From positions 13,449 through 77,448 of the forward strand of contig CAZXRU010000013.1 of the NCBI GenBank assembly GCA_964643345.1: DNA of 64,000 nt, in the 5' to 3' direction. The notes under the pieces are model-generated. The model saw only the letters and a program-made list of their open reading frames with translations, was not told the origin of the DNA and ran no database searches. Origin of the DNA: an uncultured Fluviicola sp. (GTDB taxonomy: Bacteria; Bacteroidota; Bacteroidia; Flavobacteriales_D; Crocinitomicaceae). The position numbers and the translations under genes were made by a program. Position 1 is the first letter of the stretch; each line of letters starts with the position of its first letter. Positions 18,286-28,564 of the stretch are shown here, piece after piece.

Positions 18286-21200
18286 TGTACTCCTGCTAAG
18301 TTAAATCTTAATCTAAGTCCAGCATTAATGTTCCCTGTTGGATAGGAAGTTGCAATCTTTGGAGTGTTTAACGTCTGATCATAATACAATTGCAACGTCA
18401 CGTATTTTGTTAGGTTGTAATCTGCCGAAGCCTTAATAGAAATTACTCGTTGACCAGCTGTAGCCTGGTTTGAGTTTTCCACCACCTTACGAATCACCGT
18501 TAAGTTATCTCTGAATGAAAAATCAAAACGTATGTTGACGGGGCTTGCTTCTACTTTCTCAAACGGAAGCTTAACCTTGTTGAATTTATACCCTACCCCT
18601 ATAACATATTCTTCACCTAAAATTTCAGTTACTTGGTTGTTGTTTAACGATAAAGTTGCGTTTCTATCCTTCTTGTATTCAAATTTGGTGATTAATCCCT
18701 GTCCCTTGATTGTCCAGGTAGCATCAAATCCAATAAGTGGTGAGAATCTTTCTGAAATTACCAGATTCTGAACTTGCATTCCGGCGATGAAGTTGTTATT
18801 CAAATCTCGTGCAGTTGCATCGCCATTGCTATCAAATGTCGCATTCAAATTTGATTGCATTCCAGATACGCTAACAGTTGAAGTATATGCATGACGCACG
18901 ACAAAATTACGCAGGTACTTTTTCATAAATTCAAAGTTCTTCAAACCATTGTAATTTATAGACCAGTTTGGAAGCGGTACATTCTTAATTGGGTTGATGT
19001 TCTTGTCACTAACACCTCTGTTTGTATAGGATGTTAAGAATGCCCCCATTACTACTTCTTGCTGAGCGCCATTGTATCCGCTGAAGTAACCAGTAGATTG
19101 CAATGATGAATTTCCATTTTGCTCACCTAACAGCTTTGAAACGTCTTGGCGCTTATTCAACAAATCATCAAAGACCGAGGACTGATATTCACTTCCCATC
19201 AGTGCGAACGCTGACCCTATTGATACGTTTGAATATGTTAGAGAGGAAGTTTCAACTCTACTTTGACTTTCATAAGCCTCAGTTAAGGAATTCCATCTGT
19301 AAAACTCTCCTGTGTTGGTTCCAAATGTTTTGGTCACGGATAATTCGATAGAAACATCCTTTATTGGTTCCAGGCTTGCTCTCAAATTCAAGTTTTTCGT
19401 ATGCGTATTAGTATACTGTCTATTAAGATTTTCATTCTCTACCAGCCAACCATTGTCTCTTGCAGTTTCGGCTACATTATACCCTGTTTCATTCCCCCAA
19501 ATATCGTAGCGTTGCTTTCCAAAAATAAACCCACCCATTTGAGAGTTAAAACTTGGGTTAAACCCTAAAACACTCGTCTGTTGATTGTATCCTGGTAAAA
19601 GCGTACCATCGGTTTGGGTGTATGTTCCTGAAACGTTTCGAACACTCATACCTAAACGTGCTACAAATCCTGCTACTGGGTGAACCTTGCCCTTTCGTTT
19701 CTTCTTACGTTCATCTTGACGCTTCTTTTTCCGTTTCTTACGCTCCCATTTCCGCTTTTCCTTCTTCGTCATTTCTTCCTCAGGTTTGTCGGGTACTAGC
19801 TCAACTTCTTCGTTTTCTTTAGCCTTGCCGTCACCAGCACTCCCAGGTGTTGTAGAAGCTCTATCGCGCACCGGTCTTCCTCCTCCATTCACTTTCTTCA
19901 GATAGGGTACTTTATTGTATAAGTTCGTGAAGTTTAACTGTGCCGTACCATTAATATTTCTACTATTCTGTACAGTGTTGCCAAATTCAGATTGTCCCAA
20001 CGGTGCTCGTTGCCAATTGTAAGACGATGAATATTTTACGTTTGCATTGACCCAATCTAACGCAGGGATTTTATCAAATGGAAGTGAATAATTGATACTG
20101 TAATTATGGGTATAGTCCATCGTTTGACCAAAGGTGCTCATTTGAGAACGCACTGAGTCCGTAAACTCTCTATAGCCGTCAGGGTTATTTCTTCTGTCAA
20201 CTCCACCGTCGCCCTCCTCGAATATCGACTGATTGGTTGCTGAAAAATTAAACTTCAACTTCTGAGTAATATCATAAGCTAACGAATAATCTCTGTTCCA
20301 GTTGAAACGTTTTACATAGACCGGTTCAAATTCGTAATCAGGTACGATGTTGTTCTTCACCTGTCGCTCATTATAACTACGCATCGTATTGGTACCGAAT
20401 CCAATGTTCTTTGGAGTTAAGAAGAAATTCATATCACGAACGAGAGCCCACCAATTGGATTTCTTCATGAATTTCACCTTATCAAATGGCTTAATGGGCT
20501 TAGATGAGAATGCATAATTGTAATTTAATCCTCCACTCCACACTTTTGTTCTATCGTACCTTGTGTTGAAATCTCTGCTATAGGTTTCCGAATACGAATA
20601 ATTTGCGGACCAGTTCGAAAGGCGCCATAAATGTGGTTTTGCACCCGCTTTCATGCCGACACGTACATTTGTAAAGTTATATGACTTTCGTTCGGTGAAA
20701 TCTTGACCCTCTTTCGCTTTTTCCTTTCGGGTCTGAATATCGTCGTAATCTTTGAGCTTAATATCTGGATTGTATGGGTCGTATTCTGGATTTATAATTC
20801 CCAGTGAATAACCATAGAAGAATGGCAGCGACACTTGTGCACGTTTTCCGAAAAACTGCCCTAACTGGACATTTGCATTCATATCAAATCCAATCTGTTC
20901 ATTTCGCTGTCTATCTTGCACCCTGCTTTCAACAGATCCCCAGTTAATTCCAGAGTAATTTCCAGACATATTAACGTTTGCAAAGTCTGCCAACTGAACC
21001 TGCATTTGAGCGATTGCGGCAGAACCACCTTCGCTTACAAAGTCCGTCAATCTTAGTTCATTTACCCAAACAATTGCGCACTTCGCTTCACCGTCCTCGT
21101 TCCAGTCATCCAGAACATGTTTATCCTTATGTGGATTTCGAACACCGATCATAATGGTTCTAATGCCCTGCAAGTTTGGACTACCTTTCACTTTAATAAT

Positions 21201-24200
21201 TCGATTTGGATTCGATGGATCCAATGCCGAGTACTCTACGACATAAGAAACTGCCGATGACCCTCCAGAAATTTCAGCATTTCTCTTTTGTTTTAGCGAG
21301 AGTAAGTGTTCAAATATAATTTCAACATTGTTCTCCTCTGGCCAAATATCAGTATCAATGCTTGATCCCCATGCGGTAGTTTTAAGGGGCAATTCGTATT
21401 CATAATAATTGTCAGTAAAGTCTGTTCCTAAGCGGACAAAAAGCGAAATATCCTCATCGTCTAATGGCATTGTTTGCAACACTTCTTCAGCATGCACAAA
21501 CATTTTAAGCTTCTTATATGCTCGAACATCGAATTGCACATTTCTGTATGCTGCTCTTGCGTCTCCATCACCCAAATTACATACTTCCAAACTTAAGGAC
21601 TGCTCATTTAACAAACGCTGAAAAGTCTGTGATGGGTCTGTTTCTTGAATGATTCCAGGAGGCACTTTGTATTCAATTGGAGTTCTTTTATCATTTTCCT
21701 GAATATTTACCGCACCGATATCAAAAGAAGTTAAGTTTGGATCCACCACAACACCTTCTCCAGGTTGAGTTAAATCATCAAAAAACTTTCTCCATTCTCC
21801 ACGAATAAATTCCAAACGAGCAAAACGTAATAACACTTCCTCATCAAATCCGTGCAAAAACATACGCATAAAACGAATGGATCTAAAATCGGTAATCCCA
21901 TTCACCTTTTTTTGAAAATCACGAATAGGTACTTTGAACTGGTACCAATTTTCAATCTCCCCATTCCCCTTAACGAAAGGTTGAACACTGGTAATGTAAT
22001 TTTGTCCTACTTGCATATCGCCAGGACGGAGGCTTATCTTGTATTGAAAATAACTTTCTGTTTCGGATAAATTGTTGTCTTGATTGATGTCCTCTACATC
22101 GGGAGCATTTGTACTCAGAGTAGGGTATCCATCCCCATTCATTGTAGCTGACATTTCGGTGGTTGGGGAATTCCCCTCCATTCCATTAAACTTCTTATAG
22201 CGTTCCAAAATCGTCAGTTGATCAGCGTCATACTGATCATCACGGTAGTAATTATAATCATCGTTAGAAGGATCGGCAATCATTCTTGCCTTTGCCTCTG
22301 CACTGAGTGTTGGGTTATTCTGAACCCAAGCAACATAATTATTAAAATGAATCTGTTCATCTGTATTGTTCCATCCATCCAAACCAACATCTTGATTCGC
22401 TCTAGCCTCAGGGTCATTATCAAATGCATTGACAACTACTTGTTGTGTAGAAACTCTCCCCCAGACCGTGGTGTCAATGTTATCGGTTAAAGCGGTTCCG
22501 CTGGGTGGAAGTCCATTTTCAAAACTCTTTCTCGAATCAGGTAAAATATCCTCTGAAATATTACCAAGGTTGAAGTATAAATCTCCACCATTATGTGGTG
22601 CGTTAGGATCAACATTTTCTGCGTCGATGTTAAATGGATCTAATACCCAAAACTGAATGTATTCCACATTCGTTTCCTCGAAATTCGTTGTTGACAGTGC
22701 ACGCATGACACCTCCCCATCTGTTTTCTGGATCACTGAATGTTCCATCAGCGTTAACAGTATTTGTCGTGTCGTAATTGTACATTCCACGTTCTCTCGGA
22801 TAGTACGCCAACTCCATTAAAGACACGTTGGTAATTGACCCATACTGAGGATCCCAATTCGGCCAAATATCCTTTTGATTTACTGCTCTCATTCTACTAT
22901 CAGAAAGCTGCGCAGGATCATCTTTTATGTGACTTGGCGTAAGGTTATTGTTCTGATAAAACAACGGATCAATAACATACCAAGCTGTTTTGGCACGTTT
23001 AAATCCTGCCGACAAATCTAAATTATCAGCCTCTGGAAATAGGTCCGTTTGCCCTTGAGGAACTGTTGCCAAGTGCCATGAAGAAACGGCTTTAAGATCA
23101 ATAGCACTTTGAGCTCCTTCAAAATCATCTATGTACGAGGTTCCTGTTTTTTCGATTGCTCTAGGTGATCCGGGAATTAAATGGGCAAATTCACCATTAA
23201 AAGAGAACGTAGATTTCTCCTTTGTTGAAATTACTGGAAGCATATCCACCAACTTCGTTAAGAATGGAACGTCCGTTCTGTACTGAAAATCAAACCCGAC
23301 AATGTTATTCTTAAATGGTTCGCTTCCGTAATCTACCTTTTGAGTGACTGGGCGCTCTTGCATTCTCATCCAAGTACCAGCAATATTTAATTTACTGCCA
23401 AAACGATGCGCTACACGAGCACCAAATAAAGATTTAGACTGAAATCCAAATACCGAGTTGCTTTCTACCGATATTGTGATAGGTGTGTTCGACTCAAGGA
23501 TCCCAGAGTTGAGAATTTTTACGCGACCAAGGTTGTAATCCACCGTATAATCCACACCTTCAGTCAATTTGATTCCACCTGCTGTAACTGAAACGGCACC
23601 CTCAGGAACGTTCAGTGCGTTCAACGGGATATCTGAAGTAATGGAAGATTGATACTCCCCTTTAAAAGTAAACCTGTTCTTACTTGGAATTTGCTGTGCC
23701 GCAATTTTTGTAGAATCGTAGAGTTCTGTATACGCTATTTGATCAATAATCAAATTCGATACATTCGCAGCGCTTAACTTGTCTGCCAAGGTCTTTCCAA
23801 ATGGCTCTACCGTTGAAAAGTAAATCCTACCGTTTCTTGTGTTAATGGTTCCCCCATTTTCTGCTCTGTTGCCGTTGAATTGGATAGGTACAAAATCCAG
23901 TACTCCATCTGAAAATGGTTGGTTTTGTTGATTTATCTTATCCATTTCAAGCAATGTAACCAATTGCTTATCGGAAATACCTGTAATATTTGGTCCCAAA
24001 TTCTCCGCGGGCATAAATGGAACAGCCAACGATGTAGCTGGGTTGTTGTATAATATATCCATTCTAAATCCTTCTGGACTTAACTGGTAAGCTCCGATTG
24101 AATAGACATTCTTCATCATCAATCTCCACAGCGTATTTTGTGGATTAATGATGGTGGGCTTGATCAACTTTAAAATCAGCGCTTCTTGTCCAGAAACACC

Positions 24201-25607
24201 ATCTGTGGAAAATTCACCTACTTGGAAAGTTTCACCTCGGTAGGTGTACTCATATGCTACGGCTAATACTTCGTCGTTATTCAACGGTTGATTTAACGAG
24301 ATAAATCCTAGTTGTGCGTTATAGGTATATTCTTGATCAGCTAACTTTCTTGCATTCTCAACCTTTTCATAGTCGAAAGCCTGTTGAAAAGGTCCAGGTG
24401 AATTCACTTGTGAACTTAGCGCAGCTACTGCATTGACAAATCCTCTAATGAGAGGTTGACCTGAAGCCCAAGCATATAAACCATTTGCTCCATTTCGAGG
24501 TAGTTCCTCTGGTGATAAACTACCTGGATTTCCTTGGATATTTTGTGGCAGAGCTTCACCTAAATCTGTAAAAGCGACTATATTTCTAGTGTTCTCGGTA
24601 TTGTTTGTTTGGTTGGTCAGCCAGACCTCCATTCGAGTGATATTGATTGTGGTATTGACAATCGGTAGGGTTGACATACTTTGATCATAATGATCGTGGT
24701 AGTAAAGATTCACAAAATAGTGACGGTTAACCTCGTAATTGTCTGCACTCAGCTCAAACTCTTGCACCTGTGCTTTTCCAGCAATATTGATTTCATCTCG
24801 CTTACCTTTTGAAGAAGCAGCAATTAAGTCAACAGTTGTGTTACCAAATTTCAGCTGTGTGGTTGCTCCGAAAAGCGTTTGAGAACCCTGAATTAGAGAA
24901 GTTGGTAATGCCAGAGATACATTTCCCAATTCCAGTTTTTGAATGATTTGATCTTCGTCACCTGCATACTGTAATTTTGTGACATTGTCAAAATCAAACG
25001 CTGCTTGTGTATTATAACTAACTCCAAGCTTCAAACGGGTACCGATTTCACCGACCAAATTCAAGTTAATCTGTTGATCAAAATCGAAACGGGTAATTTT
25101 TCTTTGCTTTACAGGAAGTAAGGGGTTGTCATAACGCGAAGAGTTCACCCCCAATGAAAGTTCAACAGTTCCCTGCGGTCGTATAGTAATTTGATCTGAA
25201 CCAAAGAAGCTCTCAAACATTTTGTTGCCAATCTGAATTGGAAATTCCATCGGTTGATTCTCCGCTGTCTGCTCATCGATTTTGTCCTTCCAGTTATCTT
25301 GAAGTGATTTTTGGCGCTCATACTCCAAATATTCATCCAGCGTCATCATCGATGGATTTCTATAGTTTAACCCTGTGTTTCCGATCGTCTCACTAAACAC
25401 GTATGTTCCTGTAACAGGGTCATAGACGATTGTTTGCTTTACGCTGGAAGGATCTCCCAAATCAAAACTTTGAGGTGAAGTCTGCGTTGGATCCACATTA
25501 TTTTGTATAGGAAACACCAGCGTAGAATCCTGCGAGAATGACCTCGCGGAAATTAGAAGAAATACACCAAGTAGAAACCTCATATGTAGTAACCGAGCCA
25601 GTTTCAA
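18282..25607 (-). CDS. sprA: T9SS translocon / cell surface protein SprA (Sov)
   Basis: 2441 aa with a signal peptide. Size and many blocks are typical of SprA (LELGNVSLALPTSLIQGSQTLFG, ADNYEVNRHYFVNLYY, DDFEGAQS, INQDNNLSE), and the whole protein is beta-rich ending in RLRFNLAGVQ. Located directly downstream of ruvA. Confidence 0.9.
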   Translation of the reverse strand: MKLARLLHMRFLLGVFLLISARSFSQDSTLVFPIQNNVDPTQTSPQSFDLGDPSSVKQTIVYDPVTGTYVFSETIGNTGLNYRNPSMMTLDEYLEYERQKSLQDNWKDKIDEQTAENQPMEFPIQIGNKMFESFFGSDQITIRPQGTVELSLGVNSSRYDNPLLPVKQRKITRFDFDQQINLNLVGEIGTRLKLGVSYNTQAAFDFDNVTKLQYAGDEDQIIQKLELGNVSLALPTSLIQGSQTLFGATTQLKFGNTTVDLIAASSKGKRDEINIAGKAQVQEFELSADNYEVNRHYFVNLYYHDHYDQSMSTLPIVNTTINITRMEVWLTNQTNNTENTRNIVAFTDLGEALPQNIQGNPGSLSPEELPRNGANGLYAWASGQPLIRGFVNAVAALSSQVNSPGPFQQAFDYEKVENARKLADQEYTYNAQLGFISLNQPLNNDEVLAVAYEYTYRGETFQVGEFSTDGVSGQEALILKLIKPTIINPQNTLWRLMMKNVYSIGAYQLSPEGFRMDILYNNPATSLAVPFMPAENLGPNITGISDKQLVTLLEMDKINQQNQPFSDGVLDFVPIQFNGNRAENGGTINTRNGRIYFSTVEPFGKTLADKLSAANVSNLIIDQIAYTELYDSTKIAAQQIPSKNRFTFKGEYQSSITSDIPLNALNVPEGAVSVTAGGIKLTEGVDYTVDYNLGRVKILNSGILESNTPITISVESNSVFGFQSKSLFGARVAHRFGSKLNIAGTWMRMQERPVTQKVDYGSEPFKNNIVGFDFQYRTDVPFLTKLVDMLPVISTKEKSTFSFNGEFAHLIPGSPRAIEKTGTSYIDDFEGAQSAIDLKAVSSWHLATVPQGQTDLFPEADNLDLSAGFKRAKTAWYVIDPLFYQNNNLTPSHIKDDPAQLSDSRMRAVNQKDIWPNWDPQYGSITNVSLMELAYYPRERGMYNYDTTNTVNADGTFSDPENRWGGVMRALSTTNFEETNVEYIQFWVLDPFNIDAENVDPNAPHNGGDLYFNLGNISEDILPDSRKSFENGLPPSGTALTDNIDTTVWGRVSTQQVVVNAFDNDPEARANQDVGLDGWNNTDEQIHFNNYVAWVQNNPTLSAEAKARMIADPSNDDYNYYRDDQYDADQLTILERYKKFNGMEGNSPTTEMSATMNGDGYPTLSTNAPDVEDINQDNNLSETESYFQYKISLRPGDMQVGQNYITSVQPFVKGNGEIENWYQFKVPIRDFQKKVNGITDFRSIRFMRMFLHGFDEEVLLRFARLEFIRGEWRKFFDDLTQPGEGVVVDPNLTSFDIGAVNIQENDKRTPIEYKVPPGIIQETDPSQTFQRLLNEQSLSLEVCNLGDGDARAAYRNVQFDVRAYKKLKMFVHAEEVLQTMPLDDEDISLFVRLGTDFTDNYYEYELPLKTTAWGSSIDTDIWPEENNVEIIFEHLLSLKQKRNAEISGGSSAVSYVVEYSALDPSNPNRIIKVKGSPNLQGIRTIMIGVRNPHKDKHVLDDWNEDGEAKCAIVWVNELRLTDFVSEGGSAAIAQMQVQLADFANVNMSGNYSGINWGSVESRVQDRQRNEQIGFDMNANVQLGQFFGKRAQVSLPFFYGYSLGIINPEYDPYNPDIKLKDYDDIQTRKEKAKEGQDFTERKSYNFTNVRVGMKAGAKPHLWRLSNWSANYSYSETYSRDFNTRYDRTKVWSGGLNYNYAFSSKPIKPFDKVKFMKKSNWWALVRDMNFFLTPKNIGFGTNTMRSYNERQVKNNIVPDYEFEPVYVKRFNWNRDYSLAYDITQKLKFNFSATNQSIFEEGDGGVDRRNNPDGYREFTDSVRSQMSTFGQTMDYTHNYSINYSLPFDKIPALDWVNANVKYSSSYNWQRAPLGQSEFGNTVQNSRNINGTAQLNFTNLYNKVPYLKKVNGGGRPVRDRASTTPGSAGDGKAKENEEVELVPDKPEEEMTKKEKRKWERKKRKKKRQDERKKKRKGKVHPVAGFVARLGMSVRNVSGTYTQTDGTLLPGYNQQTSVLGFNPSFNSQMGGFIFGKQRYDIWGNETGYNVAETARDNGWLVENENLNRQYTNTHTKNLNLRASLEPIKDVSIELSVTKTFGTNTGEFYRWNSLTEAYESQSRVETSSLTYSNVSIGSAFALMGSEYQSSVFDDLLNKRQDVSKLLGEQNGNSSLQSTGYFSGYNGAQQEVVMGAFLTSYTNRGVSDKNINPIKNVPLPNWSINYNGLKNFEFMKKYLRNFVVRHAYTSTVSVSGMQSNLNATFDSNGDATARDLNNNFIAGMQVQNLVISERFSPLIGFDATWTIKGQGLITKFEYKKDRNATLSLNNNQVTEILGEEYVIGVGYKFNKVKLPFEKVEASPVNIRFDFSFRDNLTVIRKVVENSNQATAGQRVISIKASADYNLTKYVTLQLYYDQTLNTPKIATSYPTGNINAGLRLRFNLAGVQ

Positions 25608-25610
25608 AAT

Positions 25611-26186
25611 TTACAATATTTTCAACGCGTCTTTAATCAACTTCTCAACAGACTCCTCACCAGTACTCACCTTATCAATTGCTTTTTCTGCTGATTTTTT
25701 GTCGAATCCTAAAGACATCAATGCAGTTAACGCATCATATTGATTTGTATTGCCTACACTAAAAATATTTTCAGTCGAAAATGCCATTTTTAACATTTTG
25801 TCCTTCAAATCAACAATAACACGTTGTGCTGTTTTCGCTCCTATGCCTTTAATTCCTTGGATAGTTCTAACATCTTCGGATTGAATTGCAGCGGCAATTT
25901 CTTCAGGAACCAAAGATGAAAGCATGATCATCGCCGTGTTGGGACCAATTCCCGAAACAGAAATCAAATGATTAAACATTTCGCGTTCTATCTTTTCGGC
26001 AAAACCATACAAAATTTGAGCATCTTCACGCACGATAAACTTTGTATACAGTTTCGTCTTTCCTCCATTGGAAATAGCACTGAAGGTGTTCAATGAGATC
26101 TTTACCTCATACCCTACTCCGTTGCAGTCAATAATGACTTCGGTCGGGTTTTTTTCTACTAGTTCACCAAATAGCTGTCCTATCAT
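25611..26186 (-). CDS. ruvA: Holliday junction branch migration complex subunit RuvA
   Basis: 191 aa. MIGQL.G...........IDCNGVGYEV OB domain, HhH motifs SVSGIGPNTAMIML and IKGIGAKTAQRVIVDLKDK, and a C-terminal domain III. Confidence 0.95.
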   Translation of the reverse strand: MIGQLFGELVEKNPTEVIIDCNGVGYEVKISLNTFSAISNGGKTKLYTKFIVREDAQILYGFAEKIEREMFNHLISVSGIGPNTAMIMLSSLVPEEIAAAIQSEDVRTIQGIKGIGAKTAQRVIVDLKDKMLKMAFSTENIFSVGNTNQYDALTALMSLGFDKKSAEKAIDKVSTGEESVEKLIKDALKIL

Positions 26187-26188
26187 GA

Positions 26189-28453
26189 TTACTTGTTTTG
26201 AGCGTCAACGACTGCCACCTTAACCATATTGATGATTTCACGCACAGAAGACCCCATCTGCAGCACGTGAATAGATTTCTTCAAACCAACAAGCACAGGT
26301 CCAACAGCATCTCCTTCGGTCATTTCCTGTAGAAGTTTATAGGCGATGTTTCCAGAAGAGAGATTTGGGAAGATCAGTGTATTCACCTTTTTATTTGCGA
26401 GCATTGAAAACGAGAAATTCTCATCCATGAGCGCGCCGTTTAGTGCGAAATTTGCCTGCAATTCACCGTCCACAATTAAGTTAGGATCATTCTGGTGTAA
26501 TATTTTTACAGCTTCAGACATTTTACGTGCATCCTCGCCTACAGAAGACCCAAAGTTAGAGTAACTCAAAAGCGCTACTCGTGGGATCACCTTAAACTTT
26601 CTAATTGTTTTAGCGACGTTGGAAGTAATTTCTGCAATATCTTCTGCGGTGGGATTTAGGTTAATCGTAGTATCTGCTAAAAACAACGGACCTCGTTTTG
26701 TACTTAAAATGTACATTCCAGCCACCTTTGTCATTCCCTTTTGCAATCCAACGGTTTGTATCGCTGGTCGCACCACATCTCTGTAGTTTCGTGTTATCCC
26801 TGAAATCATCGCGTCAGCATCACCCATCTCTACCATCATCGCACCGAAATGATTTCTCTCGCGCATCAATTGAATTGCTTCGAACTCAGTGACTCCCTTT
26901 CGCTTTCGTTTTTCAAAAAATGCCTTGCCAAAATTGATTCGACGGCCTTTTTCCTCGTCTGATTTCGGATCAATTATTTCAACATCTTGGAATTCAATGT
27001 TGTATTCTCTAATCAATTCTTCAATCATTAATCTTTTCCCAAGAAGAATTGGGTATGCCACACCTTCTTCCCAAGCAGTCTGAGCCGCTTTCAAAATTTT
27101 AATGTTATCCGCTTCTGCAAATACCACTCGTTTGGGCGAACGTTGTGCCTTTTCAGTAATATTTCGGATCAGTTTATTGTCTAACCCCAATCTATTCTTC
27201 AATTGCATCTCATACGCTTCCCAATCTTCTATTGGATTCTTTGCTACACCAGATTCCATTGCCGCTTTGGCAACTGCGGGAGCGATGTAATAGATTAATC
27301 TTGGATCTAGTGGTTTCGGGATAAACTGCTCACGACCAAACGAAATGTTTTTCTCCCCGTAGGCTTCAATTACCTCTTCGGGAATCGTTTCTTTGGCTAA
27401 TGAAGAAAGTGCGCGTACTGCAGCTAGTTTCATTTCCTCGTTGATTGTGGTTGCTCTTACGTCCAAAGCACCTCTAAAAATAAAGGGAAATCCTAGCACG
27501 TTATTCACTTGATTAGGATGATCGGAACGACCTGTTGCCATAATAATATCCTTACGAACTGACATCGCTTCTTTGTATCCTATTTCTGGATCGGGATTTG
27601 CCAATGCGAAAACAATAGGGTCCTTTGCCATGACCTTGATCATTTCTTTTGTGACAATTCCTCCTCGCGACAAACCTAGAAAGACATCTGCCTTTTTGAA
27701 TGCTGATTCAAAATCAATGGATTTTTTATGTTTTGCAAACGGAATCTTGTTCTCGTCAAGGTCAACTCTTTCTTCGCACAACAATCCCTTTGAATCGTAC
27801 ATAAAAATGTTCTCCGCTTTTGCTCCTAGTGCAGTATATAGCTTAGCGCATGCAAGTGCAGAAGGACCAGCCCCAGAAACAACGATTCTCACCTTTTCTA
27901 TTCTCTTCTTTGCTAATTCAAGTGCATTCAGCAATGCCGCAGATGAAATAATGGCAGTTCCATGCTGATCATCGTGCATGATAGGAATATCTAACTCTTC
28001 TTTTAATCTACGTTCTATTTCAAAAGCTTCAGGTGCTTTAATATCTTCTAAATTAATCCCTCCGAATGTAGGCGCTATGGCTTTTACAGTTTGAATAAAG
28101 ATCTCTGGGTCTGTGGCATCTACTTCAATATCGAATACATCAATGTCCGCAAATATTTTAAAAAGGAGTCCTTTCCCTTCCATCACTGGTTTTGAGGCTT
28201 CTGGACCAATGTCACCTAATCCCAGCACTGCTGTTCCATTAGATATTACCGCAACAAGATTGCCTTTACTGGTATACTTATATACATCATCCTTGTTTTC
28301 AGCAATTTTTAAACAAGGCTCTGCAACTCCTGGAGAATAGGCCAACGACAGATCTCGCTGCGAAGAATAGGGTTTAGTCGGAACCACCTCAATTTTTCCA
28401 GGTTTCCCCATTGAGTGATAATCTAATGCGTCTTGTTTTCTGATCTTTGACAT
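26189..28453 (-). CDS. maeB: NADP-dependent malic enzyme (malic enzyme domain fused to a phosphate acetyltransferase-like domain)
   Basis: 754 aa. [40 protein letters not shown] and VVSGAGPSA motifs, then a PTA-like C-terminal half. Confidence 0.95.
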   Translation of the reverse strand: MSKIRKQDALDYHSMGKPGKIEVVPTKPYSSQRDLSLAYSPGVAEPCLKIAENKDDVYKYTSKGNLVAVISNGTAVLGLGDIGPEASKPVMEGKGLLFKIFADIDVFDIEVDATDPEIFIQTVKAIAPTFGGINLEDIKAPEAFEIERRLKEELDIPIMHDDQHGTAIISSAALLNALELAKKRIEKVRIVVSGAGPSALACAKLYTALGAKAENIFMYDSKGLLCEERVDLDENKIPFAKHKKSIDFESAFKKADVFLGLSRGGIVTKEMIKVMAKDPIVFALANPDPEIGYKEAMSVRKDIIMATGRSDHPNQVNNVLGFPFIFRGALDVRATTINEEMKLAAVRALSSLAKETIPEEVIEAYGEKNISFGREQFIPKPLDPRLIYYIAPAVAKAAMESGVAKNPIEDWEAYEMQLKNRLGLDNKLIRNITEKAQRSPKRVVFAEADNIKILKAAQTAWEEGVAYPILLGKRLMIEELIREYNIEFQDVEIIDPKSDEEKGRRINFGKAFFEKRKRKGVTEFEAIQLMRERNHFGAMMVEMGDADAMISGITRNYRDVVRPAIQTVGLQKGMTKVAGMYILSTKRGPLFLADTTINLNPTAEDIAEITSNVAKTIRKFKVIPRVALLSYSNFGSSVGEDARKMSEAVKILHQNDPNLIVDGELQANFALNGALMDENFSFSMLANKKVNTLIFPNLSSGNIAYKLLQEMTEGDAVGPVLVGLKKSIHVLQMGSSVREIINMVKVAVVDAQNK

Positions 28454-28512
28454 ATGTCTATTTTGGAGCTGGTAAAGATAGGAAAATGCTTGAAACTACA
28501 AGCAAGGTTAAT

Positions 28513-28540
28513 AAAAAAGGGGGCTAATCGCCCCCTTTAA
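28513..28540 (-). terminator. Rho-independent terminator
   Basis: On the minus strand, GGGGGC-GATTA-GCCCCC is followed by TTTTTTAT, 25 nt after the stop of the 28565-30352 gene. Confidence 0.85.
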
Positions 28541-28564
28541 ATTTTATGATTAAAACCGTAGTTT

